From the NCBI GenBank assembly GCA_043228905.1, contig JBHGNT010000020.1, forward strand, positions 1,240,001 through 1,304,000: a stretch of 64,000 nucleotides of DNA, written 5' to 3'. Position 1 is the stretch's first letter. Every line of letters starts with the position of its first letter. Source of the DNA: Azolla caroliniana. Its lineage: Eukaryota > Plantae > Polypodiophyta. Of the stretch, positions 47,961 through 61,300 are shown piece after piece. The notes beneath the pieces are model-generated. The model did no database searches, was not told the origin of the DNA, and saw only the letters and a list, made by a program, of their open reading frames with translations. The translations under genes and the position numbers were made by a program.

Positions 47961-48571
47961 TGTCGGGATTACGGTCCCTTCGGATGGGATGGTCGGATGT
48001 CGGAGATGAATGCCGACGAGCCCGGTTTCGGTTTCGGAACCGGATGATGAAGACCCCGGCTTCGGAGCCGGATGACGAATATACCCGGAGAGCGATCCGG
48101 ATGCAGGGACATATCCGTGAATATGTTTGCTATGGGCCCCTGAGGCTACAGTTGTAAATAGCCCCAAAGTCATATATGTATAAATATGACTTAGGGCAAA
48201 CTGTTTTATTGTTGTTGATCATTTTTCTGTTTTTCCACTCAAGAGGAGTGAAGAGTGAGCAGCCGTGAGAGAGAGAGAGAGATAGAGCGTGAGAGAGGAA
48301 GAGGACGACGCCTCTTTGTATTTCCGCCGCCTGTGGCGAGGACAGCGAGCTCAAGGTCGTCGCCTTGCAGCTCGCCATTGTATACTTCTCTTTGTATAGT
48401 GTTGGTTTGGAGTCTTGTACTCCCGTGGTTTTTCCCATCTAGGGTTTTCCACGTTAATCACTGTGTATTCGTGTGTTTCTCTCTGTTTTTCCTATTTTCT
48501 GCTGCATTGATTCGAAGATTACTTGGTTGTGGCCGAGTGAAGAAGGTGAATCGAAGCGTCGATTCCCAACA
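47961..48571 (+). repeat. 3' LTR of intact copia
   Basis: Direct repeat of 43237-43847. Confidence 0.97.
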
Positions 48572-48759
48572 ATTTTGTGGCCTTGGATTCAAGCTTGAGT
48601 CTATGGATGCTATCATTACACCATGCTTGCACACATATCATTTTTTATGCGCTAAGTAGCATTTCGAGAAAGAAAATATATGTTTGGAATGTAAAAGTAC
48701 AGTTGGAGCCGAATGGTACCTATCTTGGGGTTTGAAAGTACACTCCTATGGTATGTGAT

Positions 48760-50257
48760 TAAGCAGTATGCAATTTGTATACTAGGATTTCATTTGTTAA
48801 TGAACAATGTTAGTATTGAATCATGAAAAAAGGATCTTGAGGAAACAATACTCATAGGTATAAGAACAAAACCAAAAGTGACAAATTTCATTAACAAATA
48901 GAAAGAAAGATTACAATTAATCTTAAGATTGGGATTACAAAAAGTTTAGCTAATGGAGACTGCTAGAGTAATAGATTAGAAGAATTTGAGATATGGATTC
49001 GATAGAAAATTAGGGTTTTTTGGCTTTGATAAGAGATTTTAGATTTTGAGAGATATGGCTTCCGTAGGGAAAATTAGGGTTTATGGATTTCGTAAGGAAA
49101 ATTAGGGTTTATGGCTTCCGTAAGGAAATTTAGGGATTTTGGCTTCTGTAAGGAAATTTAGGGCTTATGAGAGTTATGGTTTCCATAAGATAAGGGAACC
49201 GAGAAGGAAAAGAAAATAAAAATGGAGAGAGAGGATGAGTGTAAAAAAAAAATGGAATATATATGGAGTTCTCCGTTGATCATAGCCTTCCATGTTACTT
49301 TGCATGTCCACTTTTAGTTGCATGGCCTCTACTTTTAGTTGCATTCATTTTTAATTGCATGACATTTTCTTTTAGTTGCATGCGACCGTCCACATGACCT
49401 TTACTTTAAATTTCTTTACTTTACTTAAATTTGCCACATGATCCTATCATCTGTCCGTCTCGATCGCTGCCCATCCAATCCGTCCGGTCCGCATCTAGCC
49501 TCGTCCAGTCGCCGATTCCGCCGAATCACCGGTTTCGTCCTATCGCCAGTTGTCGGATCTATCCAGTTTCTGACACCATCCGATTGCCGATTTTGCCAAT
49601 TCCTGTTTGCTTATCGGCCGGTTCCTATTTTGCTTATCCGCCGGTTCCTGTTTGCTTCCTGACCAGTTCCGGTTTGCTTATCGGCCGGTTCTAGATTGAT
49701 TACCGATCAATTCCGGTTTGCTTACCGACCGGTTCCGGATTGCTTACCGACCGGTTCTGGTTTGCTTACCAGCGGGTTCCTGTTTGCTTTCCAACCGGTT
49801 CTTGTTTGCTTTCCGACCGGTTCCGGTTTACTTACCAGCCGGTTCCAGACTGTTTTCCGGCCGGTTCCAGTTTGCTTACCGACCAGTTCCAGTTTCCTTA
49901 CCAGCTGGTTCCGGTTCCATTACCGACCAGTTCCGGTTCCATTTTATTGCCAATCGGTTTTTGGGAACTTGGCTACATTCATCCATCTAGAAAAAGTGGC
50001 CAAAGTGCTCTTAGCACAAATGAAAAATGAGGGATCTCAATGTGCTTATATAGCCAATGCCTTAAGTTTCCTATCTATGTGGGATACTTCAAAAATTCTA
50101 TTTTCCCTATCTTCTCAAGCTTCATGTCCACCTAACTTGATATGTAGTTGCCTATTTTGTATGTAGTAAAGTGCGTTTTGAAACTCTTGAGTACATCCAT
50201 ATTTCTATAACAAGCTACTAATCTAATCTAAAATAGGGTGTGAAGATTCACACGGCA
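48760..50257 (-). mobile_element. Gypsy LTR related to 34353-35467, with expanded internal repeat
   Basis: Same TGCCGTGTG start on - strand and shared blocks (ctatctatgtgggata, ctttagttgcatg). Left boundary uncertain. Confidence 0.7.
49600..49940. repeat. ~22-bp minisatellite, about 15 degenerate copies
   Basis: Unit like ccggtttgcttaccgaccggtt. Confidence 0.9.
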
Positions 50258-51218
50258 CTGGCATACCACTTCTTCGATCCGAAATCGGCACATGGCCGCA
50301 GTCGTTTTGTTCGGCAACGCTCGGCCTTCCACCTGGTTCATCAGGTCCTCTCGAACTAGCACCAGATGTCACATCTGCCCTACCCCCATCGGCATCGTCA
50401 TCAGATCCACCATCCACTTGAAGTGGACAGTCGGAGGGTAGGTCGGGTGGAGCTCCCGGTATAGTCCCCGCCACCAGTACTTCCCCTTTAGTTTCTAGAA
50501 TGTGGCCCACATCCCGCGGTGTCCGGCCAAGGGACTCTCGTTGTACGCCATCAACAGTTCCACCTGTTCCTCTTTCTTCGCCACAACCCGGAGTGGGATG
50601 CCATTTCCCTTCTTCGGGTGCTTCCATATGCACCCATCCCATAGGAAGAATCGGTACGCCTTCTCCTTCGTCCACACCACGTCCGGTGTCATTGTCTTTA
50701 GGAACCTGTCGATCTGGAGCCACTCCCCGTCGTACTTGCTCTTGTCGAACTCGTTAAGCGTCGGAGTGCTCCCCTTGTTGTTACGTAACCCATCTCAAAG
50801 AAGTCCACGCCGACTTCTTCGTCCTCCTAAACCATGTCGTCCTCATCGTCGAATCTCGCCCTCGAAAGCATGTCGGCCATGGCGTTGTCTATTACGGAAA
50901 TGTGTCGTATTTCCGGATTCAGGAACTTGATGTATGCTATCCACCTGAGCATTTCTAGGTCTGGTGCCGCGCATCCGGAAACCATACCGAGCATCGGCAG
51001 GCAGTCCGTCTCAATTATTAACTCTGTCTCGATCAGATAGTCTTTGTCGGCCTTGACCGCCGAAACGATACCCTAGAGTACGTGTTTAACCTGGCCGTAC
51101 CCTCGTTGTCGTTCACTGAGGACATTCGCGCCGAACCGGATGGGGAACCTCGTGCCATTCTCATCCTCCTAGTTGATCACCCATCTGATTCCAGTCGGAC
51201 TCGTGTCTACGATCACGT

Positions 51219-51923
51219 TGTCGTGCCTTTCGGCTCCGGATCGTTGCGTGAGTCGGGCGAGAACCACTAAGGTTTTGGACTAGGAGAAAAGAAAATTCTA
51301 AGGCAATTAAGAATATGATATATATTGTAAGAAAGAAAGATATGAAAAACTCGTGAATCCCACGAGTATAGTGTATTAGTGAGTACTCAGATTAAGAGAG
51401 AAATATAGCTAGCAAATTCGTGAATCCCACGAATATATTATATTAATCAATCCTTGTAAAATAATCAACAACCCCATACATCTTTCTCTCCTCCTTATAT
51501 AACGATGGAAGAGGCTAAGCATAGCTTCATGCTTATTCTAAAGTGTTCATGCACACTAAATGTGCATGAGTTTCTTTTTACACTATGCTTTTATTTCCTA
51601 AATATAGTGCTCATGCTCACTAGATGTGCACGGGTAATATTTTATTGTTTTACATTTTCTTATAAATAAAGTATTCACGCACTCTAAAAATGCATGACTT
51701 ACCTTTTTAATAAAGGTACGCATAAATAAAGGTCTTATAGGTATTAAATCTATATTTAAAACACTAAGGATAAATTAGTACAATGGTAAGGTTGGGGTTT
51801 GTTTACGTGGAGGTATAGGGTTTGAATCCTACCCTATGCATGTAATAAATATTTTATTTTATTTATTATACGTACTTAAATCGGATATAGTATTTCACGT
51901 AGTGTGTGATTCACACTACGACA
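51219..51923 (-). mobile_element. Solo LTR with 4-bp TSD ACGT
   Basis: Homologous to 58663-59393; acgt at 51215-51218 and 51924-51927. Confidence 0.85.
51768..51840 (+). other. tRNA-like A/B-box module in gypsy LTR U3 (copies at ~52997-53070 and ~59213-59286), antisense to element
   Basis: TAGTACAATGG A-box-like; GGTTTGAATCC / GGTTCAAATAC B-box-like at tRNA spacing. Confidence 0.55.
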
Positions 51924-53301
51924 ACGTAAATCGGAATGTCGTAAATCGGAATGTCTTTACCATAGACCGCTTTCCGAAGTGTCAATGCCGCAGCAAGTGC
52001 TTCTTGCATTTTCCGAACCGACTCCGTATGCTCCTCTCTCCACTCAAATTTACGCCCTTTCTTCAGCAATCCATAGAGCGGCTCCTCGACGTGGGCGTAA
52101 TGTGGGATCCAGATATGGTAGAACGTGCATGCTCCCAAGAATCTCGGAACTTTCGTGACCGAATTGCAGTCGCGCTTCATCGCGGAGATGGCCTCTACCT
52201 TGGCCGGCGACGGTTTCCAACCGAATGGGCTGCATAGGTGTCCGACGACCACGATCTCCAATTGCCCGAAGGCCGATTTTTCCCCGAAGAAGGTGAGCCT
52301 CACGCCCTCTAGTCTTTCCAGCACCTTCTCGCAGTCATCGACGTGTTCCGCCACGAACTTCCGGCATCCGTCCAGTCCGATTGTCTCGTCCTTATCCTCC
52401 ACCGGGCATCCTTTGATCGGGATGTCGTCTAAGAATGGCATGGTGATGTCCGGGATACAATCCCTTAGCACTTTGTTCATTGCGTTCACCATGTGGGCTA
52501 CCGAGTTCATCCCTCCTTGCGGAAGGGTACACATACGTACTAGGCAGAGACGAGTCCGCATCGTCATAATGTCCCTACTCTCCATGGTTAGCTAGAACTG
52601 ATCGTATCCCAAGTACAGATCACCGACCGAGTAAATTGACCTCCCGACGAAGGCCTCTGCGAACTCATCTATGGTCGGTCCGATTCCTGCGTTCCGAATG
52701 ATCACCTTGTTGACCGGTTGCAGGTCTTGAATGAAGCGCAGCGTGTCGTTCTTCTTGGGCACCGTAAACCACCGTTTAGAATACGGTGCACTCAATGGTT
52801 CGAGGATGCCGATATCCACCTTCTGTTTCAACAGCTCCATCAGCTTCGGGATGTGAGCTCTGAGTACTGGAATGGGTTTGAGATTCCATGGTACATGCGG
52901 TACCGTGAAGATCACCATTGCTTCCACAATCGTCGAGTCTACACACCCGATCTCCTCCGGCGAGAATACAAAGGCCTTTCCGTGCCTAGAACGCTAAGGA
53001 TAAGTTCGTACAATGGTAAGGTTGGGGTTTGTCTACGTGGACGTACAGGCTTCGAAGCCTGCCTATGCACGTAATAAATTTTTTTTTTTAAATATTTTAT
53101 TTTATTTATTATACGTACTTTAAATCAGATATAGTATTTTACATATTTCACGTAGTGTGTGATTCACACTACGACACTCCCCCCCTCTGAACCCACACAT
53201 CCTCCGGTATGTGCCGAAGTCCCCGATGCTTGCTATTCACCTACATCCGAAGCTTCCTTCGATTCTCTCCTTAAGTCGACTATGAGTTATAATCCACTTT
53301 C

Positions 53302-54393
53302 TTAGCTTTCTGCATCATCACGATCTTCGTCTGATTGCTCCTCCTTGTCGGTCTTGTCTAGGATCACATAGGGTTCTTCATCAATCCGCTTCTTGAAAAT
53401 CTTCACCCGTTTCCCGGGTATAGGCACTCGTAGCATTGTTCCATCTAACTTGCATAGTCGATAAGTTCCGTTGTTGAAAACTTTCCGAACCTCGTATGGC
53501 CCGAACCACCTTTTCGTGAACTTCCGCATTGTTGTATGTTGATGATCCAAACTACTGTCGTAGACAATCACCCAATCTCCTTCTTCAATCTTCCACGGTC
53601 GTAGTCGGTGCTTTGTGTCAAACCGGCTTTTATTCCTGAATCGCACTTCTTGTTGTCGGCATATTGCTTCCGCTATGTTTTCCGGTCTTCCCTCTAGTTG
53701 TCGTATCCGGACCGCTAGTAGTTCTTCCCGGCTCATCTCTTCCTTCCACAGTAGCACTGTCCATGTCGCGATCGCGGTTTCCGTTGGCATTACCGGTGCT
53801 TGTCTGGTCATGAGTTCTGCCGGCATGTAACCGGTTACGGAGCTATGCATTGTCCGATCCACCCATAGTGCATACGGAAGCATCTGCGGCCAATCCTTCA
53901 CCCTTCCATCGCATGCCTTCACAAGTGCTTTGACAATCGGACTATGTCCTCGTTCGATCTTCCCATTGGCTTCCGGATTGTATGCCGTTGTCAGTGTTAA
54001 CCGAACTCCATGTTTGGCGAAGAATCCCCTAGCTTTGTTAGAGTCAAGTTCTCCCCAATCCGCAATCACTTGTCCTACGCACCCGTACCTGCAAAACACC
54101 TCCTCCAAAAGAAATTGGCATACCGCAGAACACGTTTTCCTTCGTAGTGCTTGACCTTCTACTTGGTTTGTGAGATCTTCCCGAGCTAACACCAAGTACT
54201 TCTTTTGTCTGATCCCGGTTGGCATGGCTACAATGTCGATCATCCACTTGAAGTTGATTGTCGGCGAAAATGTCGGATGTAATTCATCTCGGTGTCGAAC
54301 CCCGGAGTAGACTTGACACTTCTCGCAGCTTCCCGTGAACTCCACTACATCTTTGTACATATTCTTCCACCAATATTTTTGTTTGATTTTCAC
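53302..54393 (-). pseudogene. Gypsy integrase remnant (363 aa open)
   Basis: CEKC zinc finger, WMID..IAD.GE..TAYNPEANGKIERGH, WFGPY motif. Confidence 0.9.
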
Positions 54394-56621
54394 AAAAGTT
54401 ACCCATGTTCCTCGATGTCCAACCCAATCAGATTCATGAAAGTCGGATATTATCCGGTTTCATTGCTCTTTCGTTCCGACTACCCGAAGTGGTATGCCAT
54501 CCGGTCTTTTCGGCTCCCTCCATATTAATCCATTTTTCAAGAAGAACTTTCGGACTTGTCTCTTCTTACTTCGGATCTCGGCTCTCTTTTCTTTATCGTT
54601 CGTTGACACCTCGATCTCTTGTAGCACCTTCTTGATCGTCAAGCTTTCTCCCTCATATTCTTCTTCTTAGAATTCTTGTATTATGTTTACTCGGCATATG
54701 TGCTCCGAAGCAAAGTAGTCTTCAGAAACTTCTTCATTATCAGATTCATCTATGACGTCTCCGAACCGAGCCCTTGATAGCATATCCGCTACTGCGTTGT
54801 CTTTTCCGGAGATGTGTTGTACGTCCTGGTTAAGCGACTTAACATATGCAATCCATCTTAGCATAGCCACATCCGGTATCGTGCAACACCGCATCATCTC
54901 GAGTATCGGAAGACAATCCGTTTCGATCACTACTTCGGCTCCGATCAAATAATCTCGATCCGATTTGATTGCCGACACAACTCCCCATAATTCTCTTTTA
55001 ACTTGTGCATACCCGCGTTGCCTTTCGTTGAGAACCTTTGCTCCAAATCGGATCGGATATCACGAACCATCCGGATCTGCTTGATTGATGATCCATCCGA
55101 TTCCGGTTGGACTTGTGTCAACCGTTACTATGATCAGTCGGTCATAGTTCGGCTTCTTTAGTGGTTTTGCCCTCCGTAGTGATTTCTTGAGCTTCTTCAC
55201 GGCTTTGGTATGCTCCGGTTTCCATTCGAACTTCTTACCCTTCCACAACAAGTGATAGAGTGGGTCCACAATATGTGCATAGACTACCAATATCTCTTCT
55301 TGCCCGAATGCCGATTTCTCCCCGGAAAGTGTTAGGTGCACATCCTCTAACTTTCAAAGCACTTTCTCGCAATCGCGAATATGGTTGACTACGAACTTTC
55401 GGCATTCTCAGTCATCCATAGTTTCATCTTTTTCTTCTACCACACATCCTTTCATCGGAATGTCATCTAGGAACAACATCGTTATCTCCGGGATGCAATC
55501 TCAAAGCACCTTGTTCATCGCGTTCATCATATGTGCAACCGAGTTTGTCGCTGCTTGTGGTAATGTGCACATTCGGACTAACCCTATCGGTATCCGCATG
55601 GTGGTGATATCTCAGCTCTCCACAGCTAGTTGGAATTGGTCATACCCGGAGTATAGGTCTGTGATGGAGTATATCGCGCGTCTGGCAAAAGCTTCCGCAA
55701 ATTCGTCCACTATCGGACCGACTCTGGAGTTCTGGATCGTGACCTTGTTCACCGGTTGCAAGTCTTGGATAAATCGGAGTGACCCATTCTTCTTCGGAAC
55801 CGTAAATCATTAATTTGAGTACGGAGCGTTTGATGGCTCTAGAATCCCCATCGCTACCTTCTCCTTGAGCAAGTCGATGACTTTCGGGATATGCGCCCGT
55901 GGCACCGGAATCAGCTTTAGGATCCATGGCACATGATCAATTGTGAAGATCACCATCGGCTCCACTATCTTCGGATCAACGCATCCTATCTCCTTTGATG
56001 TCAATGCAAATGCTTTTCCATGTTGTTCCAACATCTCACGAAACCGTTCTTCTTATTTTTGTAAGAGGAAACCACCTCCACCGATCCAAAGTTTCTTCCG
56101 GGTCTCATCTGTGAAGACATGTCCGATATCCACGGACTTCCGAAGTGTCGGATCTCCCGAGACTTCTTTCCTCTTTTGTTCGCTATCGGCAAGTAGTGGT
56201 CCCGCGGCCGGTTTCACCTTCTTCTCCACGGTCTTGTATTTCGTACTTACAATTGCTCCTTCTTTGTGGAGCGCATCCGGCCCCATTTTCGCAATGATCT
56301 CGTACATCTCAACCGATTCCACCGGAATTACCCGGTTTCCCTGGCTTGTATCTTCCGCGAGCTCTTCAAGCCGTTGTAGCGTGCTCCCATAGAACACTTC
56401 TTCGACTATTCCCACGATTTCTTTGTCTTCTTTTATTATTGATGTTGACCGTAACTTATCCTCCACTTTTTGGTATTCTTTCTTCATTCCTCCGGTTACG
56501 GCCATGTACGTGGATGCCACATCCGGACCGATTCATACTAGTTTTGCTCCGAGAGTTTTCTTCCTATGTGGGGTATCAGGGCTTCTCGGACTATCACTTC
56601 CCCACTCCGCAACAGTCTGCT

Positions 56622-58307
56622 CTAAAAATCCATTCTTGTTTGGGACAAGAGCTCTCTCTTGTTCCTTTCATGATTTTCCGGCACCATTAGGAATTGGACG
56701 GATTTCCCTTCGTTTTGGCTCTGAATTCGTGCAAAAGCCGCACCGCTATTGAGCACCTTCGTCTCCATACATGAAGCCGTGATAAAGGCTTGCTCGAGGA
56801 TCACGGAGTGTGAGACCTCGTCTTGTACGAAGAAATTTTGGTCGATCTCGACATCCCCGATCTTCACCGTCACATCCGAACAAACCGCAAATAGATCTTC
56901 CGTTACTTTAGTGGCCGCCCGGATCTTCCATCCATAATTAGTGTTAATAGGCCACTTCCCCTTCCGGTAGAACTCCTTAGACATCAAATTGATCTCCGAT
57001 CCATGATCAATCAATGCTACCACGGGATCTTTGATGTTGTCAATTCGGACCGGAGTCTCGGTAGTTGCACGCGCCCAGTGTGGCTTTGTATAGTGGGAAT
57101 TCGGAATCTCGTCCTCCACTTCAGTGTCGTTCATCAAAACGGTATTTGCATTCACCAATGGTGCATTTTCCTCCATATTTTGTCTTTTTCTTTTCACAAG
57201 ATCCACAAGAAGATCATGGAACTCCTTTTTTGCTATTCCGAGTAGTTCTCGAAGCGAAAAATCTACCCTGCTGTCGAGGATTCTCTCCTCGAACACTTTC
57301 TTTATGTCCGTCTGTTGCTCGATTTCCGAAGCGAGTTTTAATGTCGGAATCGTTTTTCCTTTCCCTCTTCCTTCAGAGTTCCAGCTTTCCGGTGTCTTCG
57401 ATGGTCCGGCCACATCCTCCGTGCGTCGTCGATTCTCGTCCACATACACCTCATGTAATTGACATAGGGCGTATACGCTATTCTTATCGACGTGGCACTC
57501 CCATCCCGTAGCTTCCCGGATGCCTTCCGTGGTGCTTTGGATCTCTTTGGAGTCGGTTTTCTCGGTGTTTTCTAGCACTTCCAGCCAAAAAGACACCTTT
57601 ACTCCCGATGACTCCCCGACACGTATTCCCGCGGTTGTCGCGTAATTGCTCTTCACTGCTATTTCCTCCTCTAGGACCTTCTTCATGCCGCCTTTTTGGA
57701 AGTTTGGTCGGAGCGGCTTCTGAGAGTCCATTGAATGAATCTGATTTCCCTCGTAGTAGATAAGATCCCGTCGTAGCGCTTCCTTGTGCTCGTCGCAATC
57801 CCTTCGATCATGTTCGGTGCTATCGCACCATATGCACCGATGGTCCATATACTTAGAACTTGTGGGACGGTCATCTGACTTCTTCACCATCACAATTTTT
57901 AGATTCTCCATCTCCTTCAGCAACTGCTCCACCGTAGTTGCGTCAATTCCCTTCTCGGTCGTAGCTTCCCAAGCCCGCGGTTGATGGTCTTCCGATCCGG
58001 ATCTCGATTTCGGAATCGGTTCCGAAACACTCTTTTCTTCGTTGGCCAGCCATTGCCCCCTCTTTGTGTATCGCGCGATGATATCCCGCACGCTTTCCAA
58101 TGTTTCGGTGAGGCCACTCTCGGTAGTCGTGTCCTCTAGAAGCATTCCAAGATCCTTCCGGTCCCTAACGTCTACGGCTCGTAAGAACATGATAACTTTG
58201 TCCAGTACGAGGATAGCTTGATCTCTCGCAGACAACCTCCCGAACCGCCTTCGAATGCTGAAAACACATCGAGTACCTTCATCCCCTTGTCCAGCGTTTC
58301 CACCCAA
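56622..58307 (-). pseudogene. Gypsy gag-protease remnant (561 aa open)
   Basis: CIWCDSTEHDRRDC knuckle, ALIDHGSEINLM aspartic protease. Confidence 0.9.
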
Positions 58308-61300
58308 TCCTCGAATCCTCTCCGCGTTGCCTTGGAGGAGTCCTCGATAGCGAACGTGGTCTTTAGCGCCTCTTCAAACGCTTCCCACATCGGATTTTGT
58401 TATCGTAGCCCGTGGATACTTGCTTGAAGCCCGTCGGTAGCCACCCGGTTGAAGGATGTCACTTGTAGTCCTTCCAAAATCCCTCACCATAGCATTTCCG
58501 TCTTGTAGTCCCGAAGATAACGTGATACGTCCTTTCCGTTCAATTGCCCGATCCGTTGCACTAGCCGCTCTAGTGCCGCCGCTATCTCCGACATCACATG
58601 TTCTTAGCCTCCGGTTCATTTTCCATCTCCTTGCCACCCGTGTTCACGTCGGGTTCACCACTTGTGGCGTGCCTTTCGGCTCCAGATCGTTGTGTAAGTT
58701 GGGCAGGAACCACTGAGGTTTTGGACTAGGAGAAAAGAAAATTCTAAGGCAATTAAGAATATGATATATATTGTAAGAAAGAAACATATGAAAAACCCAT
58801 AAATCCCACGAGTATAGTGTATTAGTGAGTACTCAGATTAAGAGAAAAATATAGCTAGCAAATTCGTGAATCCCACGAATATATTATATTAATCAACCCT
58901 TGTAAAATAATCAACAACTCCATACATCTTTCTCTCCTCCTTATATAACGATGGAAGTGTCTAAGCATAGCTTCATGCTTTCTCTAAAGTGTTCATGCAC
59001 ACTAAATGTGCATGAGTTGCTTTTTACACTATGCTTTTATTTCCTAAATATAGTGCTCATGCTCGCTAGATGTGCACTAGTAATATTTTATTGGTTTATA
59101 TTTTCTTATAAATAAAGCATTCACGCACTCTAAAAATGCATGACTTACCTTTTTAATAAAGGTAGGCGTAAATAAAGGTCTTATAGGTATTAAATCTATA
59201 TTTAAAACACTAAGGATAAGTTCGTACAATGGTAAGGTTGGGGTTTGTCTACGTGGAGGTACACGGTTCAAATACTACCCTATGCACGTAATAAATACTT
59301 TTTTTCAAATATTTTTATTTATTTATTATATGTACTTTAAATCGGATATAGTATTTTACATATTTCACGTAGTGTGTGATTCACACTACGACAACGTAAA
59401 TCGGAATGTCTTTACCGTAGACCACTTTCCGGACTGTCGGTGCCGCAGCAAGTGCTTCTTGCATTTTCCGAACCGACTCCGTATGCTCCTCTCTCCACTC
59501 AAATTTACGCCCTTTCTTCAGCAATCCATAGAGCGGCTCCGCGACGTGGGCGTAATGCGGGATCCAGATATGGTAGAACGCGCATGCTCCCAAGCATCTT
59601 CGAACTTCCGTGACCAAATTGCAGTCGCGCTTCATGGCGGAGATGGCCTCTACCTTGGCCAACGATGGTTTCCGACAGAATGGCCTGTATAGGTGTCCGA
59701 CGACCACGTTCTCCGATTGCCCGAAGGCCAATTTTTCCCCGAAGAAGGTGATCCTCACGCCCTCTAGTCTTTACAGCATCTTCTTGCAATCATCGATGTG
59801 TTCTGCCACGAACTTCCGGCATCCGTCCGGTCCGATTGTCTCGTCCTTATCCTCCACCGGGCATCCTTTGATCGGGATGTCGTCTAAGAATGGCATGGTG
59901 ATGTCCGGGATACAATCCCTTAGCACTTTGTTCATTGCGTTCACCATGTGGGCTACCGAGTTCGTCCCTCCTTGCGGAAGGGTACACATCCGTACTAGGC
60001 CGAGACGAGTCTGCATCGTCGTAATGTCCCTGCTCTCCATGGCTAGCTGGAACCAATCATATCCCAAGTATAGATCACAGACCGAGTAAATTGACCTCCC
60101 GGCGAAGGCTTCCACGAACTCATTTATGGTCGGGTCGATTCCTGCGTTCCAAATGATCACCTCGTTGACCGTTTGCAGGTCTTGAATGAAGCGCAATGTG
60201 CCGTTCTTCTTGGGCACGGTAAACCACCGATTAGAATACGGGGCACTCGACGGTTCGAGGATGCCCATATCCACCTTCTATTTCAGCAGCTCCATCCACT
60301 TCGGGATGTGAGCTCTTGGTACTGGAATCGGTTTGAGATTCCACAGTACATGTGGTACCGTGAAGATCACCATTGCTTCCACAATCATCAAGTCTACGCA
60401 CCCAATCTCCTCCGGCGATAATGCAAAGGCCTTTCCGTGCCTCTCGAGCATTCTCCAAAACTGGTCCTCCTCTACCGGCAGTAGAAAGCCACCCCCACCG
60501 ACCTTGAGCTCTCATAGCGTTATGTTGGTGTATCGGTGTCCTATGCTAGCCGGATCTCGTAAACTTGTGTCTGATGCGACCCCTTTTATCCGTAACTCAT
60601 TGCCCTCTTGCAAGGGTGCCGCGACTGGCCTCACCTTCTGGTCAACAGTCTTGTACTTCGTATCCACTCGGGCCGTCTGATCCAACTTGATTCCTCTACC
60701 AAAGTCGGCGATGACTTCGTACATCTTTTCCGAACATACCGGAATCGTCTTGTCTTCACTAAGGCCCTCTCTGAACATCTTCCTTAACTTCCCCAAGCTG
60801 TCGTCGAAGGAGACCGCCTCCACGGCGCTGCCAATCTCTTCGCCGGCGCCGAGGACCCCGTGCGCCCTAAGTCTTTCTTCTGCCCACTTCTTTATCCGGC
60901 CACTAATACCAACTATAGTACAACCTCCGTTGTCTGAGAACCAAAACTTCCTACCTATGTTACAGGTTCTTCTGCCTATTGTACATGTGTGGGGTTTTTC
61001 TGCAGTGTCCGGACTATTGCGTCCCCACGCCTTGATAGACCTCTCCAAAAATCCCCTCGGCTTTCGCCGCCGAGGGTCTCGCAGTTACGCTCGTGGTTTG
61101 GTCGTACCGCCAGAAACTGAATGGAGTGACGCCCATCCTGGCTTTTGCCTCGGGCATACGCTGAACCGTTGTCCATCACCTTCGTCTCCATGCGCGCCGT
61201 CGTGATGTACGGTTCTCTGAGTATCACCCGATGCGAGGATGTCTCCTGCGCAAAGAAGTGTTGATCGATCTCGACATCGCCGATTTCCACTCGTACATTC

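Larger units (their letters stand above)
43237..48571 (+). mobile_element. Full-length Ty1/copia LTR retrotransposon (Tnt1/Tork-like), very recent
   Basis: 611-bp LTRs 43237-43847 and 47961-48571, TG..CA, TSD ATTTT on both sides, PBS tggtatcagagc (43851), PPT gaagggggag (~47949). Confidence 0.97.
42128..48750 (+). pseudogene. Decayed gene: uncharacterised N-terminal domain + coiled coil + C-terminal RING finger, split by the copia insertion
   Basis: ORF pieces 42128-43200. After the copia the frame reads FCGLGF..DAIITPCLHTYHFLC..ICLEC (RING-H2-like spacing) with internal stops. Confidence 0.55.
52989..59393 (-). mobile_element. Nested Ty3/gypsy element: 5' LTR 58663-59393, tRNA-Trp PBS, gag-pol remnants, PPT 53177-53188, truncated 3' LTR 52989-53176
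   Basis: LTR repeats, PBS 58643-58660, long ORF remnants 56622-58307 (gag-PR) and 53302-54393 (integrase). Confidence 0.92.

Noticed and set aside
34353-50257. One gypsy element bounded by the LTRs at 34353 and 50257
   Set aside because: The flanks (gctat vs ctggc) give no TSD, the host sequences differ, and the LTRs are too diverged.
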